Source: Promethearchaeota archaeon (lineage in GTDB: Archaea > Asgardarchaeota > Lokiarchaeia > Sigyniarchaeales > SOKP01). From it: a DNA stretch of 23,562 bases. Where the stretch lies: the NCBI GenBank assembly GCA_048938895.1, contig JBHLLU010000004.1:88222-111783 (forward strand). The letters run 5' to 3'. This document shows positions 8,301 through 16,258 of this stretch, piece by piece. Positions within the stretch are counted from its first letter, which is position 1. Each line of letters opens with the position of its first letter. A model generated the notes under the pieces. It ran no database searches and was not told the DNA's origin. It saw only the letters and a program-made list of their open reading frames with translations. Made by a program: the position numbers and the translations under genes.

Positions 8301-8864
8301 TATTCTGGAAAAATTCGAATTGCACCCTAAAAAGACCAAATCTTTGTCTTTCCAATATATTAATTGAGGGATATTGTTGATTACTAGCTCCAACATTTCT
8401 CTTGATTTTTGAACAGCATTTATTCCCTCTTTTGACTGAATTAACTTCCAATATTTAATTTCTGGTAGAGAATCTGCTAATTGAGAGTATCTAGCCTGAC
8501 TCTGCTTGAATTCATTCTCAAAATATTTATATCTTGCGATGTCATGGCATAGTAGAATTACCCTTGTTGTATTATCCTCAACAAATCGTTTTCCATTTAA
8601 TTCATACCATCTAAATTGGTCAGATAATGTTCTAATTCTTAATTCTGATGTGCTCTTTCCTAATTTAAATGTACTTTTTATAAACCTGCTGGCATTTTTA
8701 GAATCCTCAGGATGTATAAAATCATTTATATGTGGTTTTTGCTTGAAATCTTTGAAATTTGCGTATTCAATGAAAAACCTTTCATTTAGAATAAAGATTG
8801 GATCATCAATATTTTCTGAGATAATGGTATTAATTTTGCTTATATTATTTATTGTACTGGTCAT
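5307..8864 (-). CDS. Cytoplasmic multi-PAS (about 7 domains) sensor histidine kinase, HisKA + HATPase_c
   Basis: H-box AAHELKTPL, N-box NLISNAIKFT, G1 DNGIG, F-box LFKKF, G2 GTGLGLYI. Repeated PAS/PAC ends D[IV]T[ED] followed by L[KR]ESE.K[YF] linkers. No transmembrane segment or receiver domain seen. Confidence 0.96.
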   Translation of the reverse strand: MTSTINNISKINTIISENIDDPIFILNERFFIEYANFKDFKQKPHINDFIHPEDSKNASRFIKSTFKLGKSTSELRIRTLSDQFRWYELNGKRFVEDNTTRVILLCHDIARYKYFENEFKQSQARYSQLADSLPEIKYWKLIQSKEGINAVQKSREMLELVINNIPQLIYWKDKDLVFLGCNSNFSRINALESSVSIIGKTGNELNWILDKKNYIEECERLVIKNNKPEFNRIESMTNSDGTLVWFEINRIPLLDFKHNVVGILVTYEDITERKIADQKLKESEEKYRGILENVKETFFEVDLRGNFTFFNDAFMELIGYQREELMGVNFQKFVDEQNKAKLIDAYTQVLETEIPNLTFQFQFSNKNGSVVTCESSIYLNYDSNGNKIGFSGVARDITEKYLLEQKLKESEQKYYHLFEKSPYAIWLLDEDGIIIDCNSTINRLLSVLKIEDIIGKKFVDVLKFLQRPEKIISYLKDRFDQFLNGERLGPLEVQITRLDGKTIWLAITSSLVKIGDKTLTQAIIQDITDLKESEEELRNLNDKLEHIVMERTKELRESEEKFRHLYENSPYGIVLLNSRGMIIDINSTTSAIFGYNKKDLIGNNYFSLIGVYPSDTKNVLRKLPELLSKRGDLDSKVIPKLVEIYKKDGTSAWVQSEISTIELGEETIIQIIIQDVTEKKNAEERLRESVYQYRTTIDSLGDPLHVVDRDLKIILFNKEFEGWLERLNMPTNIQGKEVLDVFPFLPPKINSEYNDVFERGITLITTESTHLEDQEVITETRKIPIFHEGKVEQVITIIRDITENQEMENQLKESEKKYRNMVNNLDVGFYWGEYQGKLLFHNQAAKRILGLNLEDSLIGVPSSNMFANPETYKKYYQQLEEYGVLRNFIAQVKNVDGNIITLSINAHVIYNSEEEPIEIEGTFIDITEKFTLEQELMESERKLREQNIELMKLDQIKNDFITMAAHELKTPLISISGYTDYILMKYTNQLTPAIIEDLKTVQRNVKRLELLMDQLLEVMKIDEDKVDLHKERVDVSKLINDCLDELSYLINEKNLEIILNINHEIILNVDATRIFTVFTNLISNAIKFTHEYGWIEISAKKNKDGYIFEVKDNGIGLTQEELKKLFKKFERIKQPIDDSRVTIKDSGTGLGLYITKGIVNLHGGKIYATSEGVNKGSSFIFTLPT

Positions 8865-8994
8865 ATTGGAAATACCTCTCTAATGAGAGTATTAAATTCT
8901 TTACATTAAGTAAAATTAGAGATGATAAAAATATAATTTTTGCTAGTGTCGTTCTTTTTTTTACACTTTGAACAGAATAAGAATTTGATATAAC

Positions 8995-10104
8995 CTAACC
9001 TAAGCTACCTGCCCAGCCTCTTACTTCTTTTCTCATCTTTTCTTGTTTAGTAACTATCTCGGAATATTGAGTTTCTGTTTTTCCTTTCAGATCTACTAAT
9101 TCTGGGACAAAATTATGTTTAATAAATAATTCCTTTGTCGCACTTGAAATCAAACCCTCTGTAATTTTTTCGGGATTATTTCTAAAATTTTCAAATTGTG
9201 ACTCCCAGGTGGATAAAAATTCTTCTAAGTCACTCTTAAAGTTAAAAATGGGTAATACCCCTAAACTATTTACAGTAGTCACAGCAATATTTGCACGTTT
9301 TAGACTAAACCTATTTCCATTGAATGATATAGCAATTCCTTCTTCCTCACTTAACCTCTGGAGCATGTTTATATCCGTAATTGAATCTCCTAAAGCTACC
9401 ATCTGTGAAATTGAGGTGTTGGTCCTTCGAGATATATCTTCGACTGCATACTCCTTTCTTTTTCCTCCTCTAACTTTTACTAAGTTCATAGCCCAAGTGT
9501 AATCTGTTTCCTGCCCTTTCCAGAAAAAATCATTCAAATCCTCAATAACGCTATTAAGATGTTTACTATTTATTAGATATTTTTGAAAAATAGTATTTAA
9601 TAATGTTTCCACATCCTTTTCAATATTGTGTAATCCCTTTTTCATTTTTTTAATATTGAAATCTGTACAGTAAACGTGATCTTTTGGAATACCTAAAGAA
9701 GCGGTTACAGTATAAGCGAAATGAGAATAACTAGTTGAGATAACGAATATATCCCAATTCTTATTTAATATATTCATTAGTTCTCTACATCCTGGTAATA
9801 ATCCCAGGTCTTCTTTTGCTAAGTTTATCAATTCTTTATCTGTATAACATGCTAAATATAGGGGTGCCATTAACCTGAGTGTGTCTCCTGGTTGATAATC
9901 AGGGATATTCAGTTTTTCTTTTACACCAGGTTCGTCAATTATATAATCATCATAGTTGGAAATCATTCTGAAGAAATCACTCATATTATACTTCCTTAAA
10001 TTTAGTTCAGATTTCTCCCCCAATAATTTCCCGATCTCTGCTGCAAAATCAATAATACTGATAGGTCCCTCTAAATCCCAGCAACATACCCCCTTATTTG
10101 GCAT
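8995..10104 (-). CDS. HAD-superfamily phosphohydrolase, COG4030 / EhaR-like family
   Basis: Motif I variant WDLEGPIS, YDDY, YQPGDTLRL, motif II ISTSY, motif III K in GGKRK, motif IV GDSITD, and AISFNGN. Confidence 0.8.
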   Translation of the reverse strand: MPNKGVCCWDLEGPISIIDFAAEIGKLLGEKSELNLRKYNMSDFFRMISNYDDYIIDEPGVKEKLNIPDYQPGDTLRLMAPLYLACYTDKELINLAKEDLGLLPGCRELMNILNKNWDIFVISTSYSHFAYTVTASLGIPKDHVYCTDFNIKKMKKGLHNIEKDVETLLNTIFQKYLINSKHLNSVIEDLNDFFWKGQETDYTWAMNLVKVRGGKRKEYAVEDISRRTNTSISQMVALGDSITDINMLQRLSEEEGIAISFNGNRFSLKRANIAVTTVNSLGVLPIFNFKSDLEEFLSTWESQFENFRNNPEKITEGLISSATKELFIKHNFVPELVDLKGKTETQYSEIVTKQEKMRKEVRGWAGSLG

Positions 10105-10226
10105 AAAAATATGCTCTCCAATAATTTAATATCTAAATTAATGCTCTGATTATAAATAATTCTCTTATTAAGAGTTTATTATAGCAAGATATACTCAAAA
10201 AATTAAGACAGATATTTTCAATTTTA

Positions 10227-10709
10227 TTATCTAGCTTTAAATATATCCTGAATTGACTTTTCTTTTCTTTCACTTTGTACTATCCGCTTCCAGTTAGGCT
10301 CTATTGAATCAAAAGCATCTTGGGCAAGATTTTTAATTTCTTCATCAGAAGAATCAAGAAATGGTCCAATATATTCTAAAGCTCTTTTATCTTTTATTTT
10401 TGTTAAAGCTACCAGAATATAAATTATCCTAAATCTATCTGGTTCAGAAGAATTGAGTTCTTCATTGAGTTTTTCAATTATCCTAAGAGTAGCTCGCCCA
10501 TCGCCTATTCTTCCTAATGATTCTATAACTCTATTAATAACAAGATGATCTTTTTCTGATCTCAAGGCACGACAAAGTAAATTAACCGATCTCCCTTCCT
10601 TCATAATTCCGAGTTCCCTTGCAGCATTTGCTCTTTTTTGCCAATCTGAATCATGAAAGAGCTGTTTTATGAGTAAATTGAATTTAAGGTTTTGTTCGTG
10701 CCAATTCAT
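10227..10709 (-). CDS. HEAT-repeat (PBS-lyase-type) protein
   Basis: Repeats DSDWQKRANAARELG, EKDHLVINRVIESLGRIGDGRA, ALTKIKDKRA, DSSDEEIKNLAQDAF. Confidence 0.88.
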   Translation of the reverse strand: MNWHEQNLKFNLLIKQLFHDSDWQKRANAARELGIMKEGRSVNLLCRALRSEKDHLVINRVIESLGRIGDGRATLRIIEKLNEELNSSEPDRFRIIYILVALTKIKDKRALEYIGPFLDSSDEEIKNLAQDAFDSIEPNWKRIVQSERKEKSIQDIFKAR

Positions 10710-10787
10710 ACTTCAATTAAAGCTTACTTTTGAAATAATTATAAGTTGATGATTATAAAATATAAAATAATTGATATAGAGTGGTAA

Positions 10788-12107
10788 TTAATTAGCTAAG
10801 AGAGAATTCATATGATCTATTCGCTTTTGTAATAATCTTCTAGTTCCTACATCTTTTCTATGAAATAATTTTCCCTTAATACACCCTACTCCTATTTCCG
10901 CAATTTGTTCTGCTTTTTCAAGTGTATCGGAAATTCCTAATATGCCCATAGCTCTAGATGTTGTAGTAAAGATATTATCCCCCTCTCTATACACTGAAGC
11001 GTAATAATAACGCGCATTTACTTTTTCTAATCTCTTTTTATCTATAATGATTAATTCATCTTTTTTAGGGTTTACTGGATACCCTTCAGGAGCAAGATAT
11101 TTGCACACCGTTGCTTTCTTTTCAAATTCATAACTTTTAGAAAGAGTACCGTTAATAATAGCCCAACAAACGTCAATAAAATTATCTTCTAAAAGGGGGA
11201 GGACATTCATTGCTTCTGGATCACCCCATCGAGAATTAAACTCGATTAATTTTATGTCAGAAGCAGTTTTCATATATTGTCCATATAAAAAACCCTTGTA
11301 TTCTACACCCGTTTCAGCCTTAACTGCTGCCACTGTTTTTTTCATATCGTCAAGAGCTTGATTAACATCTTCTTTGTTGATAAAGGGCATGAGATGATTT
11401 TCCATGCTATATGAACCCATTCCTCCTGTATTTGGACCTTTATCATCTTCATAGGCTCTTTTGTGGTCTTGAACTAAAGGTGAACCAATGACATTTGTTC
11501 CGTCTACAAATGTTTGAAGTGTAAACTCCTCCCCGTTGCATTTTTCTTCTAATAAAAATCTACTTTTTCTCGATATTAATTCTTGACAATATTCTAAAAT
11601 GTCTTTTTTCGAAAAAAGGTGATCACCATATACTTTTACCCCTTTTCCTCCTGTTAATCCCTCAGGTTTTACTACAAGGTTTTCCTCTCCAAGATCCTTT
11701 AAATAGCTTTCAACACCTTCCATAGAATCAAACATCTTGCTTTCAACATTTGACTTGATTTTATACTTATTAAGTAGACTTCTCATGAAAATTTTTGATC
11801 CTTCCAATTGAGCAGCTTCAATTTTTGGTCCTACGCAAGGGATCCCTCCCTTTTCCAAAGCATCAACTATTCCAACTACTAATGGGGCTTCTGGTCCAAT
11901 TACAGCAAAATCAATTTTATGTTTTTTACAAAATTCAAGCATCTCTTGAAAATCGGTTTCAGAGTGTATTTTAATACTAGTACTTAGGTCCTCTAATCCT
12001 GCATTTTTAAAACTCATGAAAGAAAATAATTTCGCTCCTCCTCTAACAAGAGTTTCACCTATAACGTGTTCTCTTGCTCCATGACCCACAATTAAACAAT
12101 TTACCAT
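10788..12107 (-). CDS. purD: Phosphoribosylamine--glycine ligase (GAR synthetase)
   Basis: VGHGAREH, IGPEAPL, AAQLEGSK, archaeal-type VKPEGLTGGKGV, QDHKRAYEDDKGPNTGGMGSYS, EFNSRWGDPE. Confidence 0.97.
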   Translation of the reverse strand: MVNCLIVGHGAREHVIGETLVRGGAKLFSFMSFKNAGLEDLSTSIKIHSETDFQEMLEFCKKHKIDFAVIGPEAPLVVGIVDALEKGGIPCVGPKIEAAQLEGSKIFMRSLLNKYKIKSNVESKMFDSMEGVESYLKDLGEENLVVKPEGLTGGKGVKVYGDHLFSKKDILEYCQELISRKSRFLLEEKCNGEEFTLQTFVDGTNVIGSPLVQDHKRAYEDDKGPNTGGMGSYSMENHLMPFINKEDVNQALDDMKKTVAAVKAETGVEYKGFLYGQYMKTASDIKLIEFNSRWGDPEAMNVLPLLEDNFIDVCWAIINGTLSKSYEFEKKATVCKYLAPEGYPVNPKKDELIIIDKKRLEKVNARYYYASVYREGDNIFTTTSRAMGILGISDTLEKAEQIAEIGVGCIKGKLFHRKDVGTRRLLQKRIDHMNSLLAN

Positions 12108-12386
12108 AATTTATCAAAACAAGAAGTGTATAAATTCTAATTAATTATATTATCTAAGTAATCATTCACTTAATTTTAACATTAACTATTAACCATGTAA
12201 TTACTCAGACTAAAACATAGACTTTACTATCAATAACGTGAGGTATAAAATGATAAATTTAACTTTCTTTTTGGTAAAAACTACAATGAAATTATTTCTG
12301 AGATTGACTAAAAATTGATAAATTTTTACTAAATTTAAATTCAAGAATCACATAGTAATAATTATATATAGACATGGGAAATAACT

Positions 12387-13334
12387 ATGACAGAAACTTG
12401 TGTAGAGTTTTCTAATGTTTCTAAAAATTACAAAGATCTCCTCGCCTTAGATGATATATCTTTTCAAATTGAGAAGGGAGACATATTTGGATATATTGGT
12501 CCGAATGGAGCTGGTAAGACGACTACAATTAAAATATTAGTCGGACTAATTCAAGAATTCAGAGGAGAAGTCTTGGTGTTCGGAAGAAGCATATCCAAGA
12601 ATAGAAGGGGGCTATATAATACAATTGGATATCATCCTCAAGAGGCGGGTTTTCAAGAATGGAGAACTGTTGACCATGCTTATAAAACCTTTGGTCGTCT
12701 TTCTGGGTTTAGTTCAGATCTGCTTGAGAATCGAATAAGAGAGGTATTAGAATTAATTAATCTTTCTGATAAGCGATTTGAAAAAATTTCTCATTTGTCA
12801 GGTGGAATGTTTCAAAAATTGAGGCTTGGACAGGCTCTTCTCCATAATCCTGAAATATTAGTATTAGATGAACCGTTAGCAGGGTTGGATCCGGCTAGTA
12901 GATATCAGTTTAAGAAAATTATTAAAAATCTTGCGAAAGAAGGAAAAACCATCCTTTTTTCTTCACATATTCTAAGTGATGTTCAAGATATTGTTAATAA
13001 GATTGGAATATTAAATAGAGGAAATATTATGCGAATTGGTACCCCCGAAGAACTGCAAGATAGTTTTCAAATTGGAAATTTAGTTGAAATAAAAGTAGCT
13101 AAAAATTCGCCAGACTGTAAAAATTTAGATCAATTAGATGATATAGAATATGTTGAAAATATTAAGGAAAATAAACAATTGGTTCATTTAAAGCCTGATG
13201 TAGAGGTTGATTCAGCCATCTCTTTAATTTTAATGGAATTAAATGAGCAAAAATGTAAAATAAGAAGTTTTAGTCTTGTTGAACCAAGCTTAGAGGAAGT
13301 ATATCTTAAATTAGTTGGTGGTGAAAAAGAATGA
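12387..13334 (+). CDS. ABC-2 type exporter ATP-binding subunit
   Basis: Walker A GPNGAGKTT, signature LSGGM, Walker B LVLDEP, H-loop SSHIL, C-terminal EPSLEEVYL. Confidence 0.95.
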   Translation: MTETCVEFSNVSKNYKDLLALDDISFQIEKGDIFGYIGPNGAGKTTTIKILVGLIQEFRGEVLVFGRSISKNRRGLYNTIGYHPQEAGFQEWRTVDHAYKTFGRLSGFSSDLLENRIREVLELINLSDKRFEKISHLSGGMFQKLRLGQALLHNPEILVLDEPLAGLDPASRYQFKKIIKNLAKEGKTILFSSHILSDVQDIVNKIGILNRGNIMRIGTPEELQDSFQIGNLVEIKVAKNSPDCKNLDQLDDIEYVENIKENKQLVHLKPDVEVDSAISLILMELNEQKCKIRSFSLVEPSLEEVYLKLVGGEKE

Positions 13335-13993
13335 GTTTAAAACTACTTTTTTTTGATGAATTGATAGGTTATGCAAAGTCAAAGGTTATGATTGTCTTAT
13401 GGGTTGGATTGCCATTATTAGCTTTTCTCATCCAATTTATTAATCCTAATAATTTAGAAGGAATGCCTGTTTCATTTTTAGTATCTCTTGTTGTGTCTAG
13501 TATAGGGGGTACACTTTCTTCAATTATGCTAAGTACTACAATTGTTAGTGAAAAAAATCGTCATGTGTACGAATTATTTCTAATGAGACCCTTAAGACGC
13601 AGTAGTTTGATTTTAGCAAAGTATTTAGCAGTTTATCTATGTTTGGTCATAGCAGTTTCAATTTCGCTAGGTGTTGGTTTAATAATAGATTCAATTAGTG
13701 GTGATTTATCAGAAAACTTTCTTGATTTAACTTTTGAATCTTTAATTATTGGAATTTCTTCGATGTCAATTACTTGTTCTATTGGAATTTTCTTTGGAGT
13801 CTTAGTTTCTTCAGTCCCTGTAGCTGCAATTTTGTCTGTCTATTTAGGGAGTCAACTCTCTTCGATTATTATTTTACCAACATTCTTCATTCAATCCTTA
13901 AATCCTATATATCTTGCTTTATCATTAGGAATAATAATAACTGGTGTTGTTATGTCAATAAATATAGTTTTATTCAGTCGTCAACAGTTTTAA
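13331..13993 (+). CDS. ABC-2 type exporter permease
   Basis: About 6 hydrophobic segments; IVSEKNRHVYELFLMRPLRRSSLILAKY is the typical ABC-2 loop; ATGA overlap with the ATPase gene indicates translational coupling. Confidence 0.9.
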   Translation: MSLKLLFFDELIGYAKSKVMIVLWVGLPLLAFLIQFINPNNLEGMPVSFLVSLVVSSIGGTLSSIMLSTTIVSEKNRHVYELFLMRPLRRSSLILAKYLAVYLCLVIAVSISLGVGLIIDSISGDLSENFLDLTFESLIIGISSMSITCSIGIFFGVLVSSVPVAAILSVYLGSQLSSIIILPTFFIQSLNPIYLALSLGIIITGVVMSINIVLFSRQQF

Positions 13994-14570
13994 AGGCTCG
14001 GTTTGATAAATGGTCAAAAGCAAATCTTATTCTTTGAATTGCTGTGAAGTTAGTTCCTACTGCTAAAGCCATCATTGTCCACCAAATAGCTGTGGAAAAC
14101 CAAATTTGAAAAATTGAACCTATAAATAAAATGGGTACTCTGTCTGTTCGTTCTATTAGACCTACACCATAAAGATTGTCTATTCCTAGTGCCTCTATTT
14201 TTGCACGAGTATATGAGGTTAAGAAGGCACCAATTAAGACTAGTAATCCAATTGGAATTATTGTATACCCTCCAAGTATCACACCAGAAAAGATAAAAAA
14301 ATCCCCTATTCTATCTAAAGTCGAGTCTAAAAAAGATCCCAATTTTGTTGGACCTTGAAGACGAGCTACAACTCCATCTAATTGATCAAAAAATTCTGTA
14401 ATGAATAAAAAGATGATAATTAATAGCAAAAAGTTAAGAAGAAAAGCAAAGAATGTTAAAATAGCAAAGATCAATCCAAGAGAAGTAATAACATTTGCAG
14501 GAACCCTCTTGATCTTCCGTGCTAACGGCAATAATAATTTTCCTGAAAATTTTTTCACTTGTAGTAACAT
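13974..14570 (-). CDS. CDP-alcohol phosphatidyltransferase (archaetidylinositol-phosphate synthase / PgsA-like)
   Basis: Signature DQLDGVVAR...GSFLDSTLDRIGD, plus ANVIT, SYTRAKIE, GLIERTDR, TAIQR. Confidence 0.92.
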   Translation of the reverse strand: MLLQVKKFSGKLLLPLARKIKRVPANVITSLGLIFAILTFFAFLLNFLLLIIIFLFITEFFDQLDGVVARLQGPTKLGSFLDSTLDRIGDFFIFSGVILGGYTIIPIGLLVLIGAFLTSYTRAKIEALGIDNLYGVGLIERTDRVPILFIGSIFQIWFSTAIWWTMMALAVGTNFTAIQRIRFAFDHLSNRAFKTVDD

Positions 14571-14632
14571 ATTAACTAGCTTCTTTTCATGAGATATACA
14601 ATAAAAATAGTAATAAAGAAAAAAAAAATTAT

Positions 14633-16123
14633 TTATAATCTATAAATTGGAGTATATTTATTCTTTATGTATTCTAAAAAGTAGTCTGAATTCAATGCTT
14701 CTCCTGTTACTCTTTTAATTAAATCATCAGCTAAGTAAATACTCCCATGTTGGTGAATGTTTTCTTTTAGATAAGAGAGTAAATTAGAGAAAATACCTTT
14801 TTTATAATCTTCAGGTAAACTTGGCAATTTTTCCAAAGCTTTATTATATATCTGTGCTGCATAAAGATTTCCTAAGAAATAACTCGGGAAATATCCAATA
14901 CTACCCATACTCCAATGAACATCTTGTAAAACTCCTTTAGCATCATTCGGAGGAACTATTCCCAATAATTCTTCAAATTTTGAATTCCAAATTTCGGGAA
15001 GCTCATTCACTTGTATTTTTCCTTCGATCAGATCTTTTTCAATTTCAAATCTTAAAATAATGTGTAATCCATAAGTCACTTCATCAGCATTTACTCGAAT
15101 AAACGAGGGTTGAACCTTGTTGATCGCTCTATGAAATTCTTCTAATGGGAATTTTTTAAGATTCTCAGGGAAATATTTTTTGAATGTAGGATACCAGTAT
15201 ATCCAGAATTCTTTACTACGACCAACAATATTCTCCCACATTCTTGATTGAGATTCATGAATTCCCATTGATGCACCATTACAAAGAATCGTATCATGAA
15301 GTTCTTTTCTAATTCCCATTTCATAAATTGCATGACCATACTCATGGATTGTACTAGTTATACAATCTGGAAATGGTTCAGTTGTCCTGGTTGTTATTCT
15401 TACATCTAAAGATGCCAAAGATGTAGTAAACGGATGAGTCACCTTATCTTGACGTCCATAACCAAAATCAAAGTCTAACTTCTTAATGACCTCACGACTT
15501 AATTCAAATTGTTTGCTTTCATCAAAATGCTTTTTAAATAGTGAATCATCAGGTTGATTGGGAGAAGAATTTAACTTTTTAACAAATTCAATTAATTTGG
15601 GTCTAAGTGGATTGAATATATTAGCAATCCACTCATATGTAGCTCCTGGTTCATACAAATCTATCAATGTGGAATATAAATCAGGGTGAGTTCCTAATTT
15701 TTCTGCTTTTTCTCTTTGCAATTCTACTGTCTTTTCTAATAATTCTTGGAAAATTGAAAAATCACTTTTTGCTCTAGCTTGTCTCCATTCTTTTGCAGCC
15801 AAAATGCTGGTTTCTGCAATTTCAGTTACTAATTTCTCAGGCAATTTGGTAGCAAGATTATATTCCCGAGTAATTTCACGTAACATTGCACTTTCAATAT
15901 CATCAAGCTCAAGCTTTTCAGCTTCCTTTATCAACCTCCCTACTTTTTCATCTGTCACTCGTTTGTGCATTAGTTTTTCTATTAAAGAAACCTGTTTAGA
16001 TCTCCCCCCTAAATCTTTATACTCCATCATGTTCACTTCCTGATCCCAGCCTAAAAGAGCCTGAATATAGTGTAATCTCATTATTTCCTCAAAATGTTCT
16101 CGAAGTTCTTGTATAGCACTCAT
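14633..16123 (-). CDS. Carboxypeptidase Taq (peptidase family M32)
   Basis: LLGWDQEV, HPF, DVRITTR, Zn motif HEYGH, HESQSRMWEN, IRVNADE, GVLQDVHW, GYFPSY. Start moved from 16198 to the ATG at 16123 (MSAIQEL; 16135 also possible) because the upstream extension is non-coding-like poly-T sequence. Confidence 0.95.
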   Translation of the reverse strand: MSAIQELREHFEEIMRLHYIQALLGWDQEVNMMEYKDLGGRSKQVSLIEKLMHKRVTDEKVGRLIKEAEKLELDDIESAMLREITREYNLATKLPEKLVTEIAETSILAAKEWRQARAKSDFSIFQELLEKTVELQREKAEKLGTHPDLYSTLIDLYEPGATYEWIANIFNPLRPKLIEFVKKLNSSPNQPDDSLFKKHFDESKQFELSREVIKKLDFDFGYGRQDKVTHPFTTSLASLDVRITTRTTEPFPDCITSTIHEYGHAIYEMGIRKELHDTILCNGASMGIHESQSRMWENIVGRSKEFWIYWYPTFKKYFPENLKKFPLEEFHRAINKVQPSFIRVNADEVTYGLHIILRFEIEKDLIEGKIQVNELPEIWNSKFEELLGIVPPNDAKGVLQDVHWSMGSIGYFPSYFLGNLYAAQIYNKALEKLPSLPEDYKKGIFSNLLSYLKENIHQHGSIYLADDLIKRVTGEALNSDYFLEYIKNKYTPIYRL

Positions 16124-16258
16124 TTTCAAAACCATTAGTTTATAATTAAAAAAAAAAGTCGTACTTTTGCAATAAAGTTTTTCTAATAATAATGACAATC
16201 CTTAATCATTTTAAAAGAAGTAAGGTATGAACTATTGTTGAACTAAATTTTGTATAGT

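Noticed and set aside
13974-13993. Convergent 3' overlaps (20 nt here, 4 nt at 20268-20271) as antisense regulation
   Set aside because: Short convergent overlaps are routine in compact prokaryotic genomes.
16124-16198. N-terminal extension of the M32 peptidase (likewise 17828-17902 for the GTPase fusion) as a signal peptide
   Set aside because: The hydrophobic F/L/I residues derive from intergenic poly-T/A tracts; domain similarity begins at the downstream ATGs.
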